Of a DNA stretch of 64,000 bases, positions 19,284 through 29,615 are shown piece by piece. Position numbers and translations under genes: made by a program. The stretch covers positions 9,904 through 73,903 of IMG/VR virus record IMGVR_UViG_3300033143_003851; one strand, 5' to 3'. How positions within the stretch are numbered: position 1 is the first letter of the stretch; each line of letters begins with the position of its first letter. Source of the stretch: a virus. A model generated the notes under the pieces. That model did not search any database. It saw only the letters and a list, made by a program, of their open reading frames with translations, and was not told the origin of the DNA.

Positions 19284-19476
19284 CTATATCCTAATCATGT
19301 TCTACTATAGGAAACTGAAGTTCTCCATTTGGTGGTTTAAATAGGGGGTAGAGACACTTAAAACAAAAAAATACCCCTAACCATCCTTTACATGGACACA
19401 TATCGCTCATATTATCATCTTTCTGCTGGTCCACACTCATCTCCACACCTATAACATTCTATGTAGTTTATACAAG

Positions 19477-19836
19477 TCATAATACAACCTTCATCCATGC
19501 TTCTCCTGGAGTACCCAGCAGCTCATTAAAATCAAATGTCCATAAGTCTTTTTGATATGCTGTTTCCCCCATATATACTCCATCATCACAGAGCACAAAC
19601 TTATCAGGATCAATTTCCCACAACATTTTCATGTAGTCTATCATGGAAGGGAGCCAGAGGGCAGAAGCTATAACTGCCATTTTAGATGCCTCACAAATTG
19701 GATGTGAACCCCAAATACCTTTAATCTGAAGTCCTACAGTGGCACCAACAATATATTGATCCCCATATTGAAATTTTCTCTGCCCATGAATTTCTCTGAC
19801 CTTTCTAGCAATCTCAATTTCTCTTTTACTAATCAT
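19477..19836 (-). CDS. Hypothetical protein, paralogue of 15277..15696
   Basis: Three conserved blocks shared at protein and DNA level. Confidence 0.75.
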   Translation of the reverse strand: MISKREIEIARKVREIHGQRKFQYGDQYIVGATVGLQIKGIWGSHPICEASKMAVIASALWLPSMIDYMKMLWEIDPDKFVLCDDGVYMGETAYQKDLWTFDFNELLGTPGEAWMKVVL

Positions 19837-20125
19837 TTTCCACCTTAAAACACCGCTTGCACGGCCTTGCCCAACCTAGTTTAAATAGTGCCCGAATATA
19901 TGATAAGTTAACAGGATATTTACCAACACATGGTCCCTCTAGGTGGTGGACAACTACATTACGACCACCAATTTTGCTAACAGTAGCATCCACACGCCAC
20001 TTAACATCTACCATAGTTTTTTTAATTTGTTTTGGAGACATATATACTCCTTTTGGGCACTCAAAACATACTCTATCTTCTCCATCTAAAAATCTTCTGT
20101 TACATCTATTAACCATGTGGCACAT
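19829..20125 (-). CDS. Cys-rich Zn-binding protein
   Basis: Multiple CxxC and HH..C motifs. Confidence 0.55.
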   Translation of the reverse strand: MCHMVNRCNRRFLDGEDRVCFECPKGVYMSPKQIKKTMVDVKWRVDATVSKIGGRNVVVHHLEGPCVGKYPVNLSYIRALFKLGWARPCKRCFKVEND

Positions 20126-20143
20126 AACTCTACCCTGCTTGCT

Positions 20144-20377
20144 TCACGTAAATTGTTCTAAATAGCCTTTTTTACTCATCCAACATAAGATATAAGTTCC
20201 CACAAAACACGATAACATACTAATTACTAAACCAGCAATCTGTTGATGAGTTTGGTCCCATGTAAGTATTACTGTTACAATTAAATGGGTGGCTAACATA
20301 AATGCAATTATCCCTCCACCTATAATAAGTAAAAGAGAGATTAACAACATAAAGAACCACGATGTATTATGATTCAT
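20144..20377 (-). CDS. Small membrane protein (2 TM)
   Basis: Two hydrophobic stretches; AGGAG RBS. Confidence 0.65.
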   Translation of the reverse strand: MNHNTSWFFMLLISLLLIIGGGIIAFMLATHLIVTVILTWDQTHQQIAGLVISMLSCFVGTYILCWMSKKGYLEQFT

Positions 20378-20567
20378 ATCATGTCTCCTTTAGTTTTTCA
20401 ACAAGATTTCTCTCCACTATTGTATCTTCTATGTAGAAGATAATCTGATCTGCTCAGATGGTGTCCAAACACAAAGTTTTCAACCAGTTGTCCAAGTCTT
20501 AACTGAGGATATTTGTGCCACAGGTCTGTAAGCATCTTCATAATCCTGTCAATTCTGTCTGGGTTTC

Positions 20568-21470
20568 TCATCTCTTTACCTCAATATCTCTACCAGAACT
20601 AGTGTTAATAAGCCTGATATTTTTATCATCGAAGATAACAAATCCTTTAGTCCACTTAGGAAACTTTTCTGTGCTCTGTTTATACTCCATGTTAGCTGAG
20701 TCGCACAGACAACCCATATCAATTACGTGAAATGCTCCACTGTGAGACATAGTATATGTAAGGTGGTGCTGGTGCCCAACAATAACGTTTTCATGGTATG
20801 TCTCAGCAATAAAATTACCAAGCCTACCTCTGATAAGGGAGAATTTCCTTGGGTGGCAAACTCGCCACCGCTCTCCTATAGTATCAACAAAGAACATATG
20901 GTCAATATCTACCGCCTTAATTTTCCGCCCAAACTCATCTACGGCAAGAGACAGCATCTTGTCATATGATACTCCAATACTCCTGGACATCCTCTCATCG
21001 TGGTTCCCTCGAATCACATAGATCTGGTCAAATACCGAGAGGGCATCTTCAAACATGACAATAGCCATGTTAATCTCTTGCTCTAGTGGGATTGTCGGGT
21101 GGTTGTGGTGAAACTTACTAATCCTCTCACAGTCTAATGTATCTCCACCAAGCACCAGAGTTGGTTTAGTATATTCTTTAGCGTGCGACAACACGCTGGC
21201 CCAACTGTCTTGACACATATATGGGATATGCATATCGCTGACCATAAAAACAGTGGACCCTTTAATCTCAAATGTCTTAAATTTGTTCTTAACTGGGCTG
21301 ATGTAGAACATCCCACTAGGAGATTCCTTGACGCTAATCCCTGTTTCTTTCTTAATTGTGCTCAAATATCTTTTCACAGTATCTGGTTTGACACCCAGAT
21401 ATTTAGAGAGGAAAGTCATATTTCGGGCTTTCCTCTGGATAATATCTACCATTTCTTCATATCTATTCAT
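20568..21470 (-). CDS. HTH-fused calcineurin-like metallophosphoesterase
   Basis: N-terminal HTH (LSKYLGVKPDTVKRYL); SDMH, GGDTLD, RGNHDER, CHP, VGHQH. Confidence 0.88.
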   Translation of the reverse strand: MNRYEEMVDIIQRKARNMTFLSKYLGVKPDTVKRYLSTIKKETGISVKESPSGMFYISPVKNKFKTFEIKGSTVFMVSDMHIPYMCQDSWASVLSHAKEYTKPTLVLGGDTLDCERISKFHHNHPTIPLEQEINMAIVMFEDALSVFDQIYVIRGNHDERMSRSIGVSYDKMLSLAVDEFGRKIKAVDIDHMFFVDTIGERWRVCHPRKFSLIRGRLGNFIAETYHENVIVGHQHHLTYTMSHSGAFHVIDMGCLCDSANMEYKQSTEKFPKWTKGFVIFDDKNIRLINTSSGRDIEVKR

Positions 21471-21780
21471 TTTTAATTAATCTCCCATTATTACTATAAT
21501 AGTTATTTACAATATCTTTTACCCTTCCCATAGAAACAACTTGGTTGCATAATTTATTAAACTCACGCAATCTTATAGTGTGGTGGCACATCATTGAATA
21601 TTTCCTTGTCTTAATATATAAGTGCTCAACTATTTTTAAAGCAACTCTTTCTTTAACAGCTCCGTCACAGGCTTTTTTAAGCTCATATCTAATAACATCG
21701 CCTATTCCCATCCCTATGTCGTCTATTTTCATACGATAAACCACATAGTACAACTCTGCAACCAGATCATTTCTAGACAA
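21463..21780 (-). CDS. Hypothetical protein
   Basis: TTG start with AGGTGA RBS. Confidence 0.55.
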   Translation of the reverse strand: MSRNDLVAELYYVVYRMKIDDIGMGIGDVIRYELKKACDGAVKERVALKIVEHLYIKTRKYSMMCHHTIRLREFNKLCNQVVSMGRVKDIVNNYYSNNGRLIKNE

Positions 21781-21786
21781 AAATCA

Positions 21787-22338
21787 TCACCTTTTTTGAC
21801 AACCACTAATATACTTAATAAGACTTTCAGTGTTTATATTATCTATATTTCCTAAACTAGTGCCTATATCTATTATATTTTTAATATCGAAGCTTTTCAT
21901 ATCAGAACCATTATAAACATCTAGTAGTTTACTAGCGCTTATAATAGTAGTGTCGTTCAAAGTTGACCAGTAGAACAGTATATACACATCAACATTAGAG
22001 TCAACTAATGTCTGGTATGTTTTGAGTTGGTTATGTTTCCTAGCACTACCACCAGACCTGTCAAAGAATGTCCACGAATATCTGTCTGTTTTAACACTAG
22101 ATTTAACTTCTAATAGTGCCAACCCAAACTCTGGGTGAACAATAAGGAAATCTGCTGGTTGAGGAGGCAAGGGAACATACCTACTGTTCCCAGTTCGCCT
22201 TCCACAATCTAATTCTTCAACTAATGCCTGGTCATTAAGCTTGAGAATATATGGCAACTTCAAAACCTTAGGTATCATTTTTTCAACTTTCTTCCAGTGG
22301 ATTTTTTCATCCTCATAATCCCTAATGTTGGTTCCCAC
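21787..22338 (-). CDS. Hjc/RecU-like PD-(D/E)xK Holliday junction resolvase
   Basis: RDYE, PADFLI, LLEVKS, HNQL. Confidence 0.72.
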   Translation of the reverse strand: MGTNIRDYEDEKIHWKKVEKMIPKVLKLPYILKLNDQALVEELDCGRRTGNSRYVPLPPQPADFLIVHPEFGLALLEVKSSVKTDRYSWTFFDRSGGSARKHNQLKTYQTLVDSNVDVYILFYWSTLNDTTIISASKLLDVYNGSDMKSFDIKNIIDIGTSLGNIDNINTESLIKYISGCQKR

Positions 22339-22347
22339 ATATAAATG

Positions 22348-22626
22348 TTACCTTGGAGGAACATATGCCAGAAAAATATCTAATTTCATTTTATCTGGAA
22401 TACTACTAGGTAATCTATCAAAAAGTTTTTTAGGTATAACTCTAGATATGTGTATATCACACTGAAAATCAAATAACTGTAAATATGGTGTATCATCTAT
22501 ATAAGGCATAACTACTCTAATAGAAGAACTATCTTTTCTTATAACCTTTCTAATACCGTCATATTTTCCTCCAAGCACTGGCAACATGATATAATCCCCA
22601 ACTTCTATTGTTTCAAAAATACTCAT
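22348..22626 (-). CDS. Hypothetical SH3/KOW-like protein
   Basis: IEVGDYI pattern; ATG lies 1 nt after the tRNA-Leu 3' end. Confidence 0.55.
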   Translation of the reverse strand: MSIFETIEVGDYIMLPVLGGKYDGIRKVIRKDSSSIRVVMPYIDDTPYLQLFDFQCDIHISRVIPKKLFDRLPSSIPDKMKLDIFLAYVPPR

Positions 22627-22627
22627 A

Positions 22628-22710
22628 TGCACAGGGCAGGATTCGAACCTGCGAAGGCACTAAGCCACCAGATCTTAAGTCTGGCCTCTTTTCCGCTAGA
22701 GTACCTGTGC
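22628..22710 (-). tRNA. tRNA-Leu(UAA)
   Basis: GCACAGG/CCTGTGC-A73, CCAGA-CTTAAGA-TCTGG, long variable arm GGC-TTAGT-GCC, TTCGAAT loop. Confidence 0.93.
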
Positions 22711-23174
22711 TAATCTAATCCTTTAAACTACTAAATCCTCGTCTGTTTCTCCTAGCAGCAACCCCACAAGTTTCATCCTATTTGCCTGACTTAGTGGAGC
22801 AACTATAGTGGAAAGCTCATCTGACATACAGAAAAACGCCTCGTCATTGTAGTTAACTATCTTAAATTTCATTCTTATCCCCCATATTTCCCATTTTAAT
22901 ATACTCCTCACAACCACACTCAGCACACACTAGCACTACAAAATCTGGTTCATCTGTGTCTGTGCTATAAGTTATTTTTACATTCCATGTATCTGAGTTA
23001 CACCTGCAAAACCTCTGCGACATCTAAAACCCACTCCACATATATATAGAACGAACACTAGTATTTCTGAACTTTGCAGCATTTCTGATAGCATCATTCT
23101 CTCTCTCAAAGGCACACAGAGTTGCACCATCAACACATACTATCCATATTGGTTTCCGTAACATTCCATCTCCA

Positions 23175-23247
23175 AGCCTGCCGAAGGACTCGAACCCCCA
23201 ACCTGTGGTTTACAGGACCACCGCACTACCAATTGTGCTAGACAGGC
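23175..23247 (-). tRNA. tRNA-Thr(UGU) with C33
   Basis: GCCTGTC/GGCAGGC-U73, GTGGT-CCTGTAA-ACCAC, TTCGAGT loop. Confidence 0.85.
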
Positions 23248-23424
23248 AAATAAGAAGGTGTAATATATATATGATTAAAATGTGATCGGCATTTAAACAT
23301 AATACTACTATATGAGTAAGCAGCAAGTGAACCACTATATTTTTTACATTATACTGTAATAATATATCTCGTGATATGCCAACTGCCACAATATCCTTCT
23401 ATCAGAGTACTTCATATTCTATTA

Positions 23425-24213
23425 TTACATTTCCAATAGTTTTTTCTGTGATGCATCACAATCATTACAAACATCGAACTCATTTTTAGTCTTCTCAATT
23501 AGTCCTGTATCCCAACAAGATGGACAACTCACATATCCTGTACTATAATCTTTATCACAGCTTTTATGGAAGCACCTATCACAAATATCTCCAAGCTGAT
23601 CCACTGTGTCTTCATCACAATAGGCACAAAGATATCTATCCTTTTCTGGGACGGTTTCTGACTGCTCAACTAATACAATGTTAGTTGGACAATCTGAACA
23701 TATTGCCATACTATGAGCATCGCTTTTCACATGCTTATAGCACACGGATCTACAGCAAGAACTACAAACAAATGAAATTTCCCCTTCGCAGCCTTCAATT
23801 TGACACAAAAATCCTGTATCAATATCATCTCTAAGTCTTTGTGAGTTAGCCAAAACAAATTTAGATGCGCTGTCTACAGACGTAAGGTCATCTAATGCAT
23901 TAGTAATTTTTTTATGACCATGAATTGTTTTTATAATTATAGATGGAGTATAGTGAGGCAACTCATGTGCTACCTGATGAAACAACACCCTCAATGCTGT
24001 AAAGTAGTTACAGCATTTTATATGAGTCTCCATCTCACGAATAACTCCAAGGGCAGTATATACAATACCAGCCTCTTCTTTTTCTCGATGATGTGTATCA
24101 CACAGAAAGAACACATTGTCAGCAGTAGCCCACTTATGGGTTCCTAGATCATCACAACCATCATTACCACAAGGCTCTACAGCAACCACAGGTGGCGATT
24201 CTGTCTCAGACAT
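23425..24213 (-). CDS. Multi-Zn-finger protein including an AN1/B-box-like finger
   Basis: CGNDGC..CDTH; CQIEGC..CSSC..CYKH..CSDC; CAYC..CDRC; CPSC..CNDC. Start at MSETE after a GGTGGAG RBS. Confidence 0.7.
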   Translation of the reverse strand: MSETESPPVVAVEPCGNDGCDDLGTHKWATADNVFFLCDTHHREKEEAGIVYTALGVIREMETHIKCCNYFTALRVLFHQVAHELPHYTPSIIIKTIHGHKKITNALDDLTSVDSASKFVLANSQRLRDDIDTGFLCQIEGCEGEISFVCSSCCRSVCYKHVKSDAHSMAICSDCPTNIVLVEQSETVPEKDRYLCAYCDEDTVDQLGDICDRCFHKSCDKDYSTGYVSCPSCWDTGLIEKTKNEFDVCNDCDASQKKLLEM

Positions 24214-25132
24214 CAGAATCTCCACCGTTTGACACATGCCAGTCCATAATAATTCTGCTATAGAGATCAAGCTTTGTCTCCATGAGACCTGGGGCACTAT
24301 TCGTTTCGAGGACAACAAACTCACCATCTTCTTTTCTGATAACATCAATTGCTGCAATCTTTAGTCCAATTGCTTCTGAAGCTCTGTTACATAGAGTTTC
24401 AAGCTCTGACCACGCAGTAAACCTGTCTGGATCTCTGCGACTATGACGATAGCCATTGTCAAATGCTCTAATTTTGCTCACAACATCATAGAAAATTTCA
24501 AAGTAAAGAGTAGTATGTTCAGCAATATACTCATTATAGTACTCCATATCGTGGATTTTTTGATCCAGATATACCATACTCCCATTCACCATATGAGCTC
24601 TATACTCTGTGTCGCTGGGAACCCATTTCATAAGAATAGTTTTATTATCCCTGTCAGATCTTGGTAACATATTATTACTAGTAATCTTATTTGCTCTGGC
24701 AATTCTGGTGCCAGATCCTCCATGATGAGAGTTTGGTCTCATAATAATAATATCATTACCCTGCTCTCTTAACCAGTCAGTGGGCACAACTCTACTGGTA
24801 ATAAACTCTGGAACCGCAATATCAGCATCTCTCAGCTTAGCTAGCATAACATCCTTTCTTCGGCTGTTGTCAATACTGCTGATGGTATTAAGCTCATTAG
24901 ATGGGTTAACATATCCTACTAAAGGGTGTCTGGACCCCCACCTTACAAGATTAAATTCGTTTTCACGGGTCCATACTTTAAGGCGACGACTTACAGAGTC
25001 AGTATATGATCTGCTATTGTGGTTAAGGCCATAGATATGATCTCCAACACCCATGTCAGATATTTTTAAACTTAGTCGTCTACCTGTCCCCGCCATGCTT
25101 TTACCAAACAAAACGATGAGTTTTTTGCCCAT
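24206..25132 (-). CDS. ATP-grasp peptide ligase (RimK/YheC-like, phiEco32 type)
   Basis: VRWG, RPNSHHGGSG loop, EYRAH, IGLKIAAIDVI, VLETNSAPGL. Confidence 0.88.
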   Translation of the reverse strand: MGKKLIVLFGKSMAGTGRRLSLKISDMGVGDHIYGLNHNSRSYTDSVSRRLKVWTRENEFNLVRWGSRHPLVGYVNPSNELNTISSIDNSRRKDVMLAKLRDADIAVPEFITSRVVPTDWLREQGNDIIIMRPNSHHGGSGTRIARANKITSNNMLPRSDRDNKTILMKWVPSDTEYRAHMVNGSMVYLDQKIHDMEYYNEYIAEHTTLYFEIFYDVVSKIRAFDNGYRHSRRDPDRFTAWSELETLCNRASEAIGLKIAAIDVIRKEDGEFVVLETNSAPGLMETKLDLYSRIIMDWHVSNGGDSDV

Positions 25133-26169
25133 TACTTTTCCTCCATTTCTTTTAGTGGTTCTGTAATTGTCATCCTACACTTATAACACGCTTTAATACT
25201 ACTAATTTTATTATCTACCTTGCACCTTTGACATTTGGCAATCATCTCTCCAAATGACTTTCTATATGTTTGAGACCACATCTCGTAGCCTACAATTGCA
25301 TCTATGTTTTTAACGCTATGTATTTTTCGTTTAAGAGATTTACCAGTACATACCCCAGTAGTAATCTTCGGGGTTATAGTCGTCGACTTCGTCGCCTTCG
25401 ACACAGGTGGGGTTTCCGCCCCGCTGCGAGGGAAATCACTACTATACCCCCCACTGTATACAGAGGCAGGCTTTGTAAGCTTGTCCCCAAATACAACTGT
25501 AGGACCAATTTCACAGTCTAGCAGGGCCATTGTCTTACTTGGAAAATTCCATACTTCTCCAAGATTCTGCATCATAGTTGGGATTCTAGATGCATATATC
25601 CAACCACCGTTTTCTAGTTTCAATCCTTGAAAGTCTCCATATGAAACATATACATATGTGCTTTGGTGTTCGTCATCATCTTCTACTTCTTGCCACAAAT
25701 ATACTCCAGTTCCGTATATAGGGGCATAGATTCCCAACTCTGCAGTCAAAATTGCCATAATCATAGAGTCAGATGAGAAGTGTAAATCTGCCAAATCATA
25801 GTCATACCCAATGGCCAGACTGAGAATATGTTGGTCATATCCTCTCCAGGTGCCATTATGAGCAAAAACTACTTCTCTAGTTTCGCAACTCTGAGCAGAT
25901 ATATGAAATGGGTGGCAAAGAATATCTTCTTTACCGCCTATAGATGCGATTCTAGTGTGAAAGATAAAATCCTCATCTCCAAAATGTTTTGATGAATCAA
26001 AGCATTCTTTGACAGTCATTTTTAAAGCCTTGTCGACATAGGCTTCTGTCCCCAGAAATCCACCAATTCCATTACCGTGCCCTCCACCTGTCTTTTCAAG
26101 AGCTTTAAACAGGTTAATCATATCATCTTCGGCTGTAAATTTATGAGATACTAAAGCTAGCCTGCACAT
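25132..26169 (-). CDS. Class II (Ntn) glutamine amidotransferase with C-terminal Zn ribbon
   Basis: N-terminal nucleophile MCRL, HGNG, FHTRIASIG, CHPF, AHNG, SDS. Confidence 0.9.
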   Translation of the reverse strand: MCRLALVSHKFTAEDDMINLFKALEKTGGGHGNGIGGFLGTEAYVDKALKMTVKECFDSSKHFGDEDFIFHTRIASIGGKEDILCHPFHISAQSCETREVVFAHNGTWRGYDQHILSLAIGYDYDLADLHFSSDSMIMAILTAELGIYAPIYGTGVYLWQEVEDDDEHQSTYVYVSYGDFQGLKLENGGWIYASRIPTMMQNLGEVWNFPSKTMALLDCEIGPTVVFGDKLTKPASVYSGGYSSDFPRSGAETPPVSKATKSTTITPKITTGVCTGKSLKRKIHSVKNIDAIVGYEMWSQTYRKSFGEMIAKCQRCKVDNKISSIKACYKCRMTITEPLKEMEEK

Positions 26170-26170
26170 A

Positions 26171-27298
26171 CTACCACTCTCCTTGAGTATTGCTCTCTTT
26201 TACTTGCATTTTACTAATGTTTGGTAAATTATCTTTAATTATCTTAATTAGTTGTTTATAAGAAGGAGCATTAATGGTTGTAATAAATTCCTCTTCAGGG
26301 CGATGAGGGTGGTTAGGACTGAAGTCATTATGTTTAGTATCATATGATACATGATTATCAGCATCTGTTTTATTGATATTAATCTTTTCAGTAACAACCA
26401 ACCTTCTGCTAGCCTTAATTAGCTTCTCAATGGCAGATTTTTTAAAACCACCACTTACTGTAACTTTAGCAGGGCCTCTCTCTAGGTCCCAGTTCTTAAG
26501 GATTGATAGCTTATAGAATGTTTTTTTGTTTTCAATCATATCAAAGATAGGGTTAATCCAAGACTCATATCTACTCCAAAGATGACAAGTCTGAAATACC
26601 TCTTTAGCTGTATTTACCGTAGGCATGAGGACATCAGTATCAATTGTTCTGAATGCCTCTTTAATTTCATCACCAGAACTACTGATTGCTAATATTCTAC
26701 GCAACACAGATTTTTCTCTGAGATATTGGTCAGTAGCTACCCACATCATAGCTAGGGCAGCCTTTGTCATAGTTGGGTGAGTTAACCAGCTACTAAGTGC
26801 CCTATACTCTACATGTCCATCTCCCTTAAACATACGGCTAGTAGAGACCCCTGCTAGATGTCCATAACTACTACTGTTTCTCCTTCTTATGCCCATCATC
26901 CTATTCTCTACTAGAACGAGCGGAATGCCTATCATGTTATCCATATATCTACATATGTTTTCTCTTTCACCAAGCATGTTATCATTAATATCTCCACTGA
27001 TATGAATATGACCACCAATAACATCTGACCCAATTGCTCCTCCTCCTCCAACAAGCATCCAACCTGGGGGGATGAATCTTCCTATGTCTCGAAGACAACC
27101 TCGGATCTGTTCCATATGTTCCTCTGGGGTTCCTGTGCCAGGTCTAATTTCAAACACCCGACCACAGTGATCCTGTCCAATTCGTCTAGAGCTTCCTATG
27201 AAGTTGTGTGCCACAGACAACACAGTATTCACATTACAGTATCTAAGATCATCCTCTTTTACTAACAGTAACTCTGGGTCGCTTCCTATAAGCAGCAT
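26171..27298 (-). CDS. phiEco32-like COOH-NH2 ligase (glutamine synthetase / gamma-GCS fold)
   Basis: IGSDPELLL, FEIRP, GGHIHI, RRR..YG, HVEYRALSSWL. Confidence 0.88.
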   Translation of the reverse strand: MLLIGSDPELLLVKEDDLRYCNVNTVLSVAHNFIGSSRRIGQDHCGRVFEIRPGTGTPEEHMEQIRGCLRDIGRFIPPGWMLVGGGGAIGSDVIGGHIHISGDINDNMLGERENICRYMDNMIGIPLVLVENRMMGIRRRNSSSYGHLAGVSTSRMFKGDGHVEYRALSSWLTHPTMTKAALAMMWVATDQYLREKSVLRRILAISSSGDEIKEAFRTIDTDVLMPTVNTAKEVFQTCHLWSRYESWINPIFDMIENKKTFYKLSILKNWDLERGPAKVTVSGGFKKSAIEKLIKASRRLVVTEKININKTDADNHVSYDTKHNDFSPNHPHRPEEEFITTINAPSYKQLIKIIKDNLPNISKMQVKESNTQGEW

Positions 27299-27742
27299 TT
27301 ACTTTTCCTCCTTTAACATATCTTTAACATGATTTATATCTAGTATAAGTTTTTTTAAGTTCCATTTACACACAGTACTATCGTCTAAAATTACCTTTAT
27401 TTTTGATGATATTCTATGAATTTTTCCATATATCGTATTTATACCTCTAATACGATTAGAATTAATACTACAGTAATTAGTTTTACTAGATACGTAAGCT
27501 GTTTTAATATGAGAAAAAATGACTCTGTTGGCAGAAGAAAAATGAGTTTCAACCCAACTAAATAATTCTATACTAAGTCTATGAGCTATTGTCTTAATAT
27601 TGGTATTAAATTGCATATCTATCATAGATATAAAACCATATGTGTCCCATAGGCTTTTTAAAAACAGATCTGCCTCAATTATTTCTTCAATCTCTTGGGT
27701 GGTGATGTGCATATAGTTTTTCCCACCTACATATCTCTGCAT
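27299..27742 (-). CDS. Hypothetical protein
   Basis: AT-rich ORF directly upstream of the ligase. Confidence 0.5.
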   Translation of the reverse strand: MQRYVGGKNYMHITTQEIEEIIEADLFLKSLWDTYGFISMIDMQFNTNIKTIAHRLSIELFSWVETHFSSANRVIFSHIKTAYVSSKTNYCSINSNRIRGINTIYGKIHRISSKIKVILDDSTVCKWNLKKLILDINHVKDMLKEEK

Positions 27743-28130
27743 ATGTTAAGGAAGCATAATAAGTAATTTTAACATAAACCATAAAGGGTATATCTGACTT
27801 ATAAGTTTCAAATATTGACTGAAGCTCTGATATTGTTGCATACATATCCTCAAAAAAAGAAAATACTACTGCATTTTCAAAATTAGATATATGTTCTTTT
27901 GTATGTGGAAATCGAAGTGATCCACTAGCGTCTAACTTAGACCTATTCAGTTTAGATCTTGTGTCAACAAGATGGTTTCTAAAAATCATACCGATAAAAG
28001 ATAGTCTTGAATCGACATTACCAGATCCATTAAACGCACAATCTAAGCAATGAATAATATTTGAGTTCTTTTTACGAAATACTCTATATTTAATATATGT
28101 GTCTATATCCATATACCCACCTGGATTCAA
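27687..28130 (-). CDS. Hypothetical protein
   Basis: AT-rich ORF in operon. Confidence 0.5.
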   Translation of the reverse strand: MNPGGYMDIDTYIKYRVFRKKNSNIIHCLDCAFNGSGNVDSRLSFIGMIFRNHLVDTRSKLNRSKLDASGSLRFPHTKEHISNFENAVVFSFFEDMYATISELQSIFETYKSDIPFMVYVKITYYASLTYAEICRWEKLYAHHHPRD

Positions 28131-28620
28131 CTCTGACGTATTTAATTTGAAGACACTTACGATACCTTAAGAATGCTCGAATTACCTCGCACTTAGATGG
28201 GACATTTCTTCTCCTGCCTCCCCACCTCTTTTTGTTATTTCTGAGCCTGTCGAGGATTGCCAGGATTGGTATGTGGTTTTCGTCTGCTTTTGGTATGTGT
28301 GGAGACACCTGCCTCCACACATCTTGGTTGCTCATGTGTTTTCCCCCAGTGTTTAATTTGAACAGTGTTAGGAAAATATTTCCTATGTTTTACAGCTATA
28401 GTTTGAGACTTCAAACATTCTTCGCTGTGGCTCCCGTTTTCATTGATCCTGACAAGACCAATGTTCTGCCTCCAGAGCCAGTAGTATGCTCCAGGGTAAA
28501 GAAACCATACTGGTTCTTTACCTTTGTCTTGGTATGTGATTGGGGCAATATACTTGCCAGACCTAGTTGAGATCAACTCCTGCCCCTTAGATCCAGTATA
28601 TTTGATTGTCATTGTAGTAC

Positions 28621-28839
28621 CTATGAACATTCTATAAAATTCATAATAGCAATAAGAAGCGCTCCAACCATCCACACTCGAAGTAAAAACCAGTATAAAC
28701 TTAACAGCTCAAAGAACGGATCAAAATCCATATAGATAAAACTAAACAAAAGAATAAAACCAAATACCATAACATAAAAAACAGACATCATTATTACACC
28801 AACCACCAATGAAGCAGCGATGCTAGTCAGTTGCTTCAT
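28621..28839 (-). CDS. Small membrane protein (2 TM)
   Basis: Highly hydrophobic; ATGA-coupled. Confidence 0.6.
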   Translation of the reverse strand: MKQLTSIAASLVVGVIMMSVFYVMVFGFILLFSFIYMDFDPFFELLSLYWFLLRVWMVGALLIAIMNFIECS

Positions 28840-29615
28840 TGTTGTTCCCCAGCCTTCTTAAATGCTCCAAGGATGGTGGACATCATGTCCATCATCCTTT
28901 TAATTTCCTTCATGTTCCTCTCCTGCCCAGTAACCATGAATTTAAGTTCCCTCAGAGTCTCGGTCAATCCCCCCGATAAGTTACTGAGGTGGTGTCGAAC
29001 CTCTGACATCATCTCAGTAGACTTATCCATCTGGTCAATGACATCTGCCCACCTCTCATTAAATGTAGGCTTATCCATTGAGACATGTTCATATCCTGGT
29101 ACTGGTACTGGCACAGGTTCAGGTTCAGATTTAAGCTCTGGCCAAACTCCTCTAAAATGAACTCCTCTTGGAATCCTTTTCTTATACAGAACAATATCAC
29201 ACATTAGATCATCTGTATTTGGAGGGTATGGAAGATGCTCTGGGATTGCGACGACTTTGCCCTCGCAATCATCCAGAACCTGTTTCAAGAAGGTAGCCCA
29301 TGTCTGAACGTTAGGGGAATCCCTTGAGTGCTCACAACATGGCACGAAGATAATCTGTCTATCATCTTCGACATTTACGTAAACTGGTTCTGCCATCTTC
29401 ATATTTTTGAGTTGGCTCATGGTCTCCTCATCTGCCACTGAAGCTGCCCAACCATTGTAAGCAGACATAAACACATATACATCTGCATCCACCTTATCCA
29501 CCGTTGGGTTGCCTGTAACTGCAGGTTCAATCACAGTTGCAGTTTCCATCGCTCGCTCTTGAACCTTGGCCTCTAGTTGAGCAATCACTTGCTTAACGCT
29601 GATATTTTCTTGCAT
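28836..29615 (-). CDS. Hypothetical protein with EPEPVPVPVP linker and C-terminal coiled coil
   Basis: ORF with GAGGTGA RBS. Confidence 0.65.
   Translation of the reverse strand: MQENISVKQVIAQLEAKVQERAMETATVIEPAVTGNPTVDKVDADVYVFMSAYNGWAASVADEETMSQLKNMKMAEPVYVNVEDDRQIIFVPCCEHSRDSPNVQTWATFLKQVLDDCEGKVVAIPEHLPYPPNTDDLMCDIVLYKKRIPRGVHFRGVWPELKSEPEPVPVPVPGYEHVSMDKPTFNERWADVIDQMDKSTEMMSEVRHHLSNLSGGLTETLRELKFMVTGQERNMKEIKRMMDMMSTILGAFKKAGEQQ

Noticed and set aside
15277-19836. Diversity-generating retroelement TR/VR pair
   Set aside because: No reverse transcriptase in the window, and differences are not adenine-specific.
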